Shown here: positions 8,710 through 15,672 of the stretch, in pieces
Layout of the letters: every line of letters starts with the position of its first letter
Numbering within the stretch: the stretch's first letter is position 1
Assembly: GCA_963663995.1 (NCBI GenBank)
Contig: OY760660.1
Span: 1,350,001-1,382,000, forward strand
Length of the DNA: 32,000 nt
Source: Erysipelotrichaceae bacterium
Lineage (GTDB): Bacteria > Bacillota_I > Bacilli_A > Erysipelotrichales > Erysipelotrichaceae
Direction of reading: 5' to 3'
Notes under the pieces: model-generated
Told to the model about the DNA's origin: nothing
Databases searched by the model: none
Seen by the model: only the letters and a program-made list of their open reading frames with translations
Translations under genes and position numbers: made by a program

Positions 8710-9016
8710 AGATTAAATTTATATACTCTTGACTACTGTCAAAAACTGAGTAAATTATTACACACTGGGCATCTTTATCAACTTTATAAAAAACAAGATA
8801 TTTTTTTACAATTAATACTCTAAAATTTTGTCTTTCTAGAATAGCGTATTTTGGTATTGTTCCAGATTCGGGAAACTCAGTTAATCTTAATATTGAATTC
8901 TCAATAGTGTTAACTAGTTGCATCGCAATATCAACACTACCAGTACTATCTGCAACAAAATAAATTATATCTCTAAGTTGATTATCTGCTTTTTGAGTTC
9001 TTATCAACTTATACAA
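8708..9016 (-). CDS. type II toxin, ParE/RelE superfamily
   Basis: 102 aa with the family pattern (...QLRDIIYFVA...LTEFPESG...FRVLIVKKYLVFYKVD...VIIYSVF). TTG start 1 nt after the antitoxin stop (TAG-a-TTG). Confidence 0.8.
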   Translation of the reverse strand: MYKLIRTQKADNQLRDIIYFVADSTGSVDIAMQLVNTIENSILRLTEFPESGTIPKYAILERQNFRVLIVKKYLVFYKVDKDAQCVIIYSVFDSSQEYINLI

Positions 9017-9017
9017 A

Positions 9018-9293
9018 CTATATATCTCGACTTAATAGATTTTTTCTTATGTTATCAAATGTTTCTTGAATATCGCCAACACGTCCAAGTCTAACATCTT
9101 CTTCAGATTCCGCTAGTATTCTTAATAGTTCCAATTCAGCAGTCATTTGTTTATAGTCTTGTAGACTAATAATGGCTGTATCACCTCTACCATTTTTAGT
9201 AATAATGACAGGTTCTCTCGTTTCGTGACACTGTTTAGATATCTCATTATAATGATTTCTTAAATCAGCTGATGGTCTAATATCAAATTTCAT
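9018..9293 (-). CDS. type II antitoxin, Phd/YefM family
   Basis: The sequence RPSADLRNHYNEISKQCHETREPVIITKNGRGDTAIISLQDY is typical of Phd/YefM. The start is reassigned to ATG 9293, which has GGAGG (9305..9301) 7 nt upstream. Confidence 0.8.
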   Translation of the reverse strand: MKFDIRPSADLRNHYNEISKQCHETREPVIITKNGRGDTAIISLQDYKQMTAELELLRILAESEEDVRLGRVGDIQETFDNIRKNLLSRDI

Positions 9294-9317
9294 TTCATAT
9301 CCTCCAATAATAGTCAT

Positions 9318-9326
9318 ATTATATCA
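9318..9326 (-). promoter_or_regulatory. extended -10 promoter of the TA operon
   Basis: Minus strand TGATATAAT matches TGnTATAAT, 24 nt upstream of the antitoxin ATG. Confidence 0.45.
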
Positions 9327-9471
9327 CTATTTGCATATATTTTAATTTATGGTAAATCATTATACATTTCTCCTTTATTGCTGATACTTATTATTACGTT
9401 ATGATTTTCAATATACCTAAATTTTATATATATCTTTTCTTTCTAATTCGTTATAGATTCTTTAAAGGTCT

Positions 9472-9512
9472 AAAAAAAGAACATCCAAACACAATTAGAG
9501 CTTGGATGTTTT
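9472..9512. terminator. bidirectional-looking rho-independent terminator (serves the MBL operon on the minus strand)
   Basis: ACATCCAA (9481-9488) pairs with TTGGATGT (9502-9509). It is flanked by an A7 run upstream and a T-run downstream. Confidence 0.6.
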
Positions 9513-9593
9513 ATACATAATTTCTTTGAATGTATACTTCTAAATCAAAATTCATTTGTTCAAATGATTTCTCTTGTATCTTTTCCATTTAAC

Positions 9594-10316
9594 TTATAAA
9601 CGTTTGTACTCTTGTTTAAGTAAAACTAATAATTCTTTCTTTTCCATAACTACATCATGCCCATGAACAATCAGTTCAACATCTAACTTTGATATTCTAT
9701 CAATAAGATTACTTAACTTTTCTTTAGTGTAATGTGGTTCTCCATGATGATAATCTTCTGAGTAAGCATCTCCAACAAGTAAGACTTTATCTTCTTTAAC
9801 ATAGACAAAAGTACTATCATCACTGTGATCTGTTTCCATTTCAAATATTGATAAATTTACATTCCCACAATCCAACTCAACTTCATCAAAAAAGGTTTCA
9901 GTTGCTTCAACAACTTTAATCTTTGTTCGATCAATATATTCATTTTTTATATGTTCATCACAAAATTGAATGTCTTCACCCGATTTAACACGTTTAGACA
10001 TAGATTCATCATCCCATTCCCAATCACTCATTTCTTTAAGTTTTGCCTGAGTCTTTTCACTACATAATGATGGGAAATCACAGGCATGTAAACCATAAAC
10101 ATGATCCCAATGCCAATGGGTAAGTAAAACAACTTCTGGTTCATGAAATCCTTTTTCTTTGATTAGATTTAAGACTTCAAAAAGATGTTCTTGTGATGTT
10201 CCAGCATCAATAAGTACTGCTCTTTCAGATCCATTGATATAAGCTAATCTTGGTCGATCTCTAAACTCTTCAAAATCTGAAATATAAACATGTTTACTGA
10301 TTTGTGTGAGTTCCAT
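9594..10316 (-). CDS. MBL-fold metallo-hydrolase
   Basis: 240 aa with the HWHWDH (HxHxDH) metal-binding motif, plus later His/Asp residues (TDHSDD, HGHD). Its start overlaps the upstream gene's stop. Confidence 0.85.
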   Translation of the reverse strand: MELTQISKHVYISDFEEFRDRPRLAYINGSERAVLIDAGTSQEHLFEVLNLIKEKGFHEPEVVLLTHWHWDHVYGLHACDFPSLCSEKTQAKLKEMSDWEWDDESMSKRVKSGEDIQFCDEHIKNEYIDRTKIKVVEATETFFDEVELDCGNVNLSIFEMETDHSDDSTFVYVKEDKVLLVGDAYSEDYHHGEPHYTKEKLSNLIDRISKLDVELIVHGHDVVMEKKELLVLLKQEYKRL

Positions 10317-10930
10317 TATTTGATTTTCTCAACTTTAAATCTTAGTAGTGTTTTTAGTTTAGAGGAATCTGCTTTCCGTGGATCTCCTAAATAAATCTCA
10401 ATATGAGTTTTATCAATCCTTCGATAGTTGTTCTCTATACAATACTTCTCCATTAAATCAAAACTTTCTCTTTCATTATCATAGGGACCAATATGCAGCA
10501 TCTGGCAAACTAATCCATCTTCAATTTCTTCATAAACTACTTCTTTTAATAACCTTAATTTCTTTTTCTTTATAGCGATATCACTAAATTTATTAAACAC
10601 TGATTTATCACAAAACTGTGGTTGTTGAATACGTATGGTATATTTGTAATTGTCTTTATCTGTGCTTGGTTTCAAGTAATCTATTAAATCCCAATGACCT
10701 TCTAATGGATAAACTTTATAATCTTCATAGTCATCAGGCTTATCATCTGTTTTATATGACATCTTTAAAGTATATGAAAAGGTATATAAAGCTTGGATAT
10801 GGTTTCCAAAATCTTCACCATTGGGATTCCCTTCACCTTTAATACAGACATATGGAAAAGATGGAAGCTCAAGTATTTCTGGTTTTTGTTTAGAACTATA
10901 AAAAGCTTTAAGAATTTCCTTTTGATTCAT
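10316..10930 (-). CDS. GyrI-like small-molecule-binding domain protein
   Basis: 204 aa with family-typical blocks (IKGEGNPNGEDF...ALY..SY.LKM, YPLEGHW, QMLHIGPYDNE, IEIYLGDPRK...KLKTLLRF). Confidence 0.75.
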   Translation of the reverse strand: MNQKEILKAFYSSKQKPEILELPSFPYVCIKGEGNPNGEDFGNHIQALYTFSYTLKMSYKTDDKPDDYEDYKVYPLEGHWDLIDYLKPSTDKDNYKYTIRIQQPQFCDKSVFNKFSDIAIKKKKLRLLKEVVYEEIEDGLVCQMLHIGPYDNERESFDLMEKYCIENNYRRIDKTHIEIYLGDPRKADSSKLKTLLRFKVEKIK

Positions 10931-11378
10931 CCGCGTCCCATCTATATTTTCGATTGTTTTTTAATTTCTGCCAGTCACAATTTAAACATAAGCCATTATG
11001 TACTGTTTTTAAACCACCACATGTTTCGCATTCAAAATGACTTTGACTATCTAAAAAGACATCCATACCTTTATCTCTTATCATGATCAAATTATCAATC
11101 ATCGACATATGATACTTTGTACGATAACGCTTATCTAAACTCTTCAATCTCTTGCATGGAAACTGATCACAATTAAAACAGTAATCAATTTTGCCTTGAC
11201 CAATCATTTCACAACTATCAGCCATGTGCAAACAACCTAGACCTCTAGGTTTACAACCTGGACAAGATTTATAATGAAAACCTTTTTCATTTAAATGATG
11301 TACATTAACTTGATAACTACGACACAAAGCACAATCCATCCCGCAATAAGCAACCAAGTTTTGTCTTTCATGTTTCAT
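10908..11378 (-). CDS. DUF3795-type cysteine-rich (putative metal-binding) protein
   Basis: 156 aa with YCGMDCALCRSY near the N-terminus and several further CxxC pairs (CPGCKP, CFNCDQFPC, CETCGG, CLNCD). It overlaps the next gene by 23 nt. Confidence 0.7.
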   Translation of the reverse strand: MKHERQNLVAYCGMDCALCRSYQVNVHHLNEKGFHYKSCPGCKPRGLGCLHMADSCEMIGQGKIDYCFNCDQFPCKRLKSLDKRYRTKYHMSMIDNLIMIRDKGMDVFLDSQSHFECETCGGLKTVHNGLCLNCDWQKLKNNRKYRWDADESKGNS

Positions 11379-11398
11379 GCAACAATTATAAATCTTAT

Positions 11399-12235
11399 TT
11401 AGTTCTTAGGTCTAACATTCCCACTACTAATCGCTTCTTCTTTTGCGTCTAGTGGTAACCACTGTAGAACTTTATAGATAAAAGTATCCCAAAAAACCCA
11501 ATCATGTCCACCTGGACCTTCTTCATATTTCACATCAAATTTTAAGTTGATTAAATAGTCTCTAAACTTACGATTAGAATCAATTAAATGATCTTCTGTT
11601 CCACAGGCAATATAAATATGTGGTCGATCTTTCTTCTTTAAATTTTTTGCGAGTACTTGATAATCTTTATCACTACCTACAAGTTCACTCAAATCACCAA
11701 AAATAGATATCAATTCATTCCTTGAAAGAATAGCATTTTTATCTGTCTCTTTAGTGTTCGCAAAATCTTCAAGTATAAAAGCTGTTGAAAGAGCTGCGAC
11801 ATACCCAAAGGTTTTCGCATACTTTAAACCATTTGTCATTGCACCATAACCACCCATAGATAGTCCTGCAATAAAGGTATCTTCCTTTTTATGAGATAGA
11901 TTAAACATTCGACGTGTCACATCCACCAATTCTTCACCAATAAATTTAGAGTAATATTCACCAGATAGACTATTATCCACATAAAACTTATTATCCCCTG
12001 ATGGCATAATCACTGCTAAGTTTTGATCTTCAGCCCACTTTTGAATACGCGTACCACTAACCCAATCAGTATAGTTTCCAAATACTCCATGTAGTAAATA
12101 AAGGGTTTTATAAGGTCCTTTTACAATCTCTTGTTTAAGACTACCAAAAACAAGTTTATCTGCTGGAAAGATGACATTAAAGGTTACCGTTCTTCTTAGA
12201 TATTTTGAAAAAATATTAAATGTTCCTAAAGCCAT
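11399..12235 (-). CDS. esterase-family serine hydrolase (putative tributyrin esterase / esterase D-like)
   Basis: It has the LYLLHG block, the nucleophile elbow GLSMGGYGA, and a C-terminal GGHDWVFW block. The start is reassigned to ATG 12235 (MALGTFNIFSKYL...) with AGGAGA upstream, rather than 12283. Confidence 0.8.
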   Translation of the reverse strand: MALGTFNIFSKYLRRTVTFNVIFPADKLVFGSLKQEIVKGPYKTLYLLHGVFGNYTDWVSGTRIQKWAEDQNLAVIMPSGDNKFYVDNSLSGEYYSKFIGEELVDVTRRMFNLSHKKEDTFIAGLSMGGYGAMTNGLKYAKTFGYVAALSTAFILEDFANTKETDKNAILSRNELISIFGDLSELVGSDKDYQVLAKNLKKKDRPHIYIACGTEDHLIDSNRKFRDYLINLKFDVKYEEGPGGHDWVFWDTFIYKVLQWLPLDAKEEAISSGNVRPKN

Positions 12236-12285
12236 AAAAATTCTCCTAATTCCTGTTAGTTCTATTTTATATGAAAAGGACATAT

Positions 12286-12321
12286 AAAAAGTAAGTACTT
12301 TTAATTAATACTGTACTTACT
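12286..12321 (-). terminator. rho-independent terminator now separated from its operon by the IS insertions
   Basis: AGTAAGTAC (12290-12298) pairs with GTACTTACT (12313-12321). On the minus strand a T-run follows. It lies immediately beside the left copy of the 8-bp target duplication. Confidence 0.5.
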
Positions 12322-12325
12322 CTTT

Positions 12326-12333
12326 AAATTATT
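12326..12333. repeat. left copy of 8-bp target-site duplication AAATTATT
   Basis: Identical to 15140-15147. It directly abuts the reconstructed outer end of the IS256-family element. Confidence 0.6.
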
Positions 12334-12337
12334 GAGA

Positions 12338-13795
12338 GGGGCGTGCGGACATAAAGTTGGACTTTAATAACCGTATTTTTGTCGATTTTCATTAATACTA
12401 CATGCAAATTTTATTTTAATTCTAGTTTCATTAAACCACACTAGATAATTATTTAAATATTCAATAAATTCTTCGGCGTTAAAATCTCTAAAATCTAATC
12501 CATAAAAACATTCATTTTTTATATGACCAAATACACCTTCGCAAGCAGCGTTATCACCCGTACAACCTTTCTTAGACATAGATCGAATAATATTGTGTTC
12601 TTTGGTGATATTTATCCAGTTACTCCATCGATAGTGTCCACCACGATCAGAATGAAGTATCACATTATCAGACTTCTTTAATGTCTTACATGCATCTATT
12701 AGTGATTCATTAGCTAGTTGTGCGTCAGGACGAGTGCTCGTATTCCAAGAAATAATCTTCCCATCAAAACAGTCAACGATTGAAGAGAGGTATACTTTTT
12801 CATTTGATAACGCGAATTCAGTTATATCTGTGAGCCATTTTTGATTTGGATAATCAGATTTGAAATCTCGATTAATAATGTTGTCTGGAGCTTCTGATAT
12901 TTCACCCTGATATGAGCTATACTTTCTTGTTTTCTTTTTGTACTTTGGGTTTAGTTCCATCTGTTTCATAAGACGACGTATAACCTTCTCAGAAACAATG
13001 ACTCCTTGATTGTTTAGACTAATCTTTATTCTTCGATAACCATATACACAACGGTTTAATTCATAAATTTCTTTTATTTTTAAACACAAATTTTCATACT
13101 TATCACGACTTTTTAATTTCTTTAGATGATAATGATATGAACTTTTTGGAATGTTCAATCGTTCTAGTAAATCTTTCAATGGATATTCTTTTTTTAAGGC
13201 ATTGATTAACTGGATTTTTTCACTATTTTTTAGTTTTAGATAACCAATGCCTTTATCTTTTTTTATTAAATCTAATGCCTCTTTAAGAAGATCTACTTCC
13301 ATTTTTAATGATTTGATTTCATTTAAAAGTGAATTGATTTCTTCTGTATTCGCTTGTTTTATTTCTTTGTTTTCTGTGAGATTTGGTTTGATAATCTTCT
13401 GCTTATCTTTATTCATTAGTCCAATTAATCCTTTGGTTTCAATTATTCTACGCCAATTATGAATGCTTTGTCGACTAACTCCCATCTCCTCTGCCACATA
13501 TCTAACATCTTCCCCATCCTCAAAACATCGTTTAATGATTTTTATTTTAAGTTCTGGTGAAATCGTTTTCCGTTTTAGATATGAATAAGAGTCTGTATTT
13601 TTAATCTGATTATTAGAGTTTGTTTTTTCACGACTTAACCAAAGGTAAATAGTAGCTTTTGTGGGATAACCTAATTTCCTCACGACTTGTGTTGCGCTTC
13701 TTTCTTCTCTATAAAGTTCTAAAGCTATTTTAACTTGTTGTTTTGAATAAGTTGGCATATTTCTCCTCTTTGTCCAACTTTATGTCCGCACGCCC
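12338..13795 (-). mobile_element. IS3-family insertion sequence (1458 bp)
   Basis: Perfect 24-bp terminal inverted repeats, GGGCGTGCGGACATAAAGTTGGAC (12338-12361) and its reverse complement (13772-13795), enclose a single transposase ORF. Confidence 0.85.
12364..13758 (-). CDS. IS3-family transposase, single fused OrfAB-type ORF
   Basis: 464 aa with an N-terminal HTH, a leucine-zipper-like stretch (EINSLLNEIKSLKMEVDLLKEAL), and DDE/rve blocks (WLTDITEF, HSDRGGHY, NAACEGVFGHIKNE). SD GAGGAGA upstream. Confidence 0.9.
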   Translation of the reverse strand: MPTYSKQQVKIALELYREERSATQVVRKLGYPTKATIYLWLSREKTNSNNQIKNTDSYSYLKRKTISPELKIKIIKRCFEDGEDVRYVAEEMGVSRQSIHNWRRIIETKGLIGLMNKDKQKIIKPNLTENKEIKQANTEEINSLLNEIKSLKMEVDLLKEALDLIKKDKGIGYLKLKNSEKIQLINALKKEYPLKDLLERLNIPKSSYHYHLKKLKSRDKYENLCLKIKEIYELNRCVYGYRRIKISLNNQGVIVSEKVIRRLMKQMELNPKYKKKTRKYSSYQGEISEAPDNIINRDFKSDYPNQKWLTDITEFALSNEKVYLSSIVDCFDGKIISWNTSTRPDAQLANESLIDACKTLKKSDNVILHSDRGGHYRWSNWINITKEHNIIRSMSKKGCTGDNAACEGVFGHIKNECFYGLDFRDFNAEEFIEYLNNYLVWFNETRIKIKFACSINENRQKYGY

Positions 13796-15139
13796 GAGTA
13801 TAAAATATTTTGTGTAAACGTCTCTAAGTAGAAGAGACGGTGTTCTTTGAAAGAGTGGGAAGCACTCATGTAAAATGTAGTTGTTCAGAAAACAATTACA
13901 GGAGACTTCCCATGTCAAATTTTAGCACAGATTTAATGAGCGCATTTCTTAAAGGTGAAAGTATCGAAGAAGTGATGCGAATCGAACTTGAGAAAGCTGT
14001 TAATGAGTTATTACAGTTAGAGTTAACCAGTTATCTAGACTATGATAAATATGATCCCATTGGTTATAACACAGGTAACTCAAGAAATGGAACTTACACA
14101 CGTCAACTCAAAACACGCTTTGGAGAAATCAGTGTAGAAATACCACGAGATCGTAATGGAGAATTCAAGCAGCACACAGTTCCCAGTTATAAGCGAAGCA
14201 CCGATGATTTAGAATCCATGATTATTCAGATGTATCAACGTGGGATAACGACATCTGAGATATCAGAACTCATTGAACGCATGTTTGGAATGTATTACAC
14301 ACCGCAAACGATATCGAATATGACGCAAGTTCTAAGTGATCAAGTTGAAGCGTTTCATACCCGTCAAATTCAGTCTCGATATGTCAGTTTATATCTGGAT
14401 GCGACTTACTTAAGCGTAAGACGAGATCGTGTCTCTAAAGAAGCTTTACACATCATTGTCGGGATTACAGAGGAAGGCATCAAAGAGATTCTAGATTATC
14501 GTCTATATCCTTCAGAATCCTCTGAGAACTATCGAGAAATGCTTGAAGACTTAAAGTCACGAGGATTAGAAGAAGCACTCATATGTGTCAGTGATGGGTT
14601 AACTGGGCTAAGAGATGTTTGTTTAGAAGTATTCCCACAAACTCAACATCAAAGTTGTTGGGTACATCTATCAAGACGCGTAGGTCATTTAGTTAGAGCT
14701 AAAGACAAAGGGATTGTGTTGAATGATTTGAAGGATGTTTATCAAGCTAAAACAAAGAATGAAGCTTTGATTAATTTAGAAGTTTTTAGAACCAAATATG
14801 AAAGACATTATCCTAAAGCCGTTCAAGTCCTAAGCAATACTGAATCACTTCTAAGCTTCTATAACTTCCCACAATCCATTCAAAGAAGTATTTACACAAC
14901 TAACTTGATTGAAAATCTAAACAAACAACTCAAACGTCAAACGAAGAAAAAAGAACAGTTTCCCAATGAAGAATCTTTAGACAGATTCATCTGTAGTCTG
15001 TTCTTGAATATGAATCAAAAGTTCCAAAGTAGAATCCACAAAGGATTCAATAAATCTGAATACGAATTAGAAAAACATTTCGACAAAACATTTTACGAGT
15101 AAATTCCTTTAGAGTTTACACAAAATTCTTTACACTACC
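13796..15139 (+). mobile_element. IS256-family insertion sequence (main body; its first 4 nt, GAGA, are displaced to 12334-12337 by the IS3 insertion)
   Basis: Right inverted repeat is 15114-15139. The left repeat, reconstructed across the IS3 element, aligns at 21/26 positions and includes the core TTTTGTGTAAAC. The terminal sequence resembles IS256 as I recall it. An 8-bp direct repeat flanks the outer ends. Confidence 0.75.
13912..15102 (+). CDS. IS256-family (mutator-type) transposase
   Basis: About 396 aa starting at ATG 13912 (MSNFSTDLMSAFLKGE..., SD AGGAGA). Typical blocks are YLDATY, QSCWVHLSRR and TNLIENLNKQLKRQTKKKEQFPNEESL. Confidence 0.9.
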   Translation: MSNFSTDLMSAFLKGESIEEVMRIELEKAVNELLQLELTSYLDYDKYDPIGYNTGNSRNGTYTRQLKTRFGEISVEIPRDRNGEFKQHTVPSYKRSTDDLESMIIQMYQRGITTSEISELIERMFGMYYTPQTISNMTQVLSDQVEAFHTRQIQSRYVSLYLDATYLSVRRDRVSKEALHIIVGITEEGIKEILDYRLYPSESSENYREMLEDLKSRGLEEALICVSDGLTGLRDVCLEVFPQTQHQSCWVHLSRRVGHLVRAKDKGIVLNDLKDVYQAKTKNEALINLEVFRTKYERHYPKAVQVLSNTESLLSFYNFPQSIQRSIYTTNLIENLNKQLKRQTKKKEQFPNEESLDRFICSLFLNMNQKFQSRIHKGFNKSEYELEKHFDKTFYE

Positions 15140-15147
15140 AAATTATT
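15140..15147. repeat. right copy of 8-bp target-site duplication AAATTATT
   Basis: Identical to 12326-12333. It contains the TAA stop codon (15145..15143) of the flavin reductase gene. Confidence 0.6.
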
Positions 15148-15664
15148 CATTATTATAAATTTTTATTATTTTACCTACATACATCGTATGAAAATCTTTA
15201 TTAGGATAGTTCTCTTCAATAATATATTTAACTACAAAGTTTTCTTCTTTTAGATCTTGCTTGTAAATGACCTCACAATCAAAAACTAAATTTGCTTCTT
15301 CATAATAAAGTGATTCATTTTCTATGATTGGTTTTAACCCGGAAGCATTTACCTTATCTTCATTATGACCTGATTTACCACCAAAAACTCCATGAGCTTT
15401 TTTAAATTCAGGTTTTAGTCTTGAAACTGTAAACTTTCCAGTCTTTTCAATCAAATCATGCGTATACCTTTGAGGTCTAACATATACCAGAAAGGTATCA
15501 CGTCCTGTTTTCTTTCCCCAAATACTTCCCACATGTCCCCAGTTAATGGTCATGGAGTTATATCCAAGTTCATCATTACCTGAGCTGAGGACCAACCAAT
15601 CATTCTTAATAAGATCAAAAGGTTTCATTTCATAATCTTCAATATCTATTTCTTTAAACATCAT
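15143..15664 (-). CDS. flavin reductase-like (FMN-binding split-barrel) protein
   Basis: 173 aa. The sequence MTINWGHVGSIWGK...FLVYVRPQRYTHDLIEKTGKFTVS is typical of the flavin reductase-like domain. SD AAGGAGA upstream. Confidence 0.8.
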   Translation of the reverse strand: MMFKEIDIEDYEMKPFDLIKNDWLVLSSGNDELGYNSMTINWGHVGSIWGKKTGRDTFLVYVRPQRYTHDLIEKTGKFTVSRLKPEFKKAHGVFGGKSGHNEDKVNASGLKPIIENESLYYEEANLVFDCEVIYKQDLKEENFVVKYIIEENYPNKDFHTMYVGKIIKIYNNE

Positions 15665-15672
15665 TGTCTCCT

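Noticed and set aside
8641-8823. 60-aa plus-strand ORF spanning the helicase 3' end, the terminator and the toxin gene.
   Set aside because: It crosses a terminator and overlaps two well-supported genes, so it is a chance ORF.
9511-9588. 25-codon minus-strand ORF (MEKIQEKSFEQMNFDLEVYIQRNYV) sitting exactly between the MBL stop and its terminator.
   Set aside because: It has no SD and is very short in AT-rich sequence. It cannot be distinguished from chance without ribosome profiling or conservation data.
12334-13799. An attempt to define the exact target-site duplication and canonical TG...CA ends for the IS3-family element.
   Set aside because: The flanks read GAGA and GAGT, compatible with a 2-bp, 3-bp or imperfect 4-bp duplication. 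The perfect inverted repeats begin GGG rather than TG. This cannot be resolved from one copy, so it is reported as ambiguous.
13730-13918. 62-aa minus-strand ORF across the IS3/IS256 junction, and the long 5' extension (from 13840) of the IS256 transposase ORF.
   Set aside because: Both run through terminal inverted repeats. The transposase has a good SD at ATG 13912, and the junction ORF has no support.
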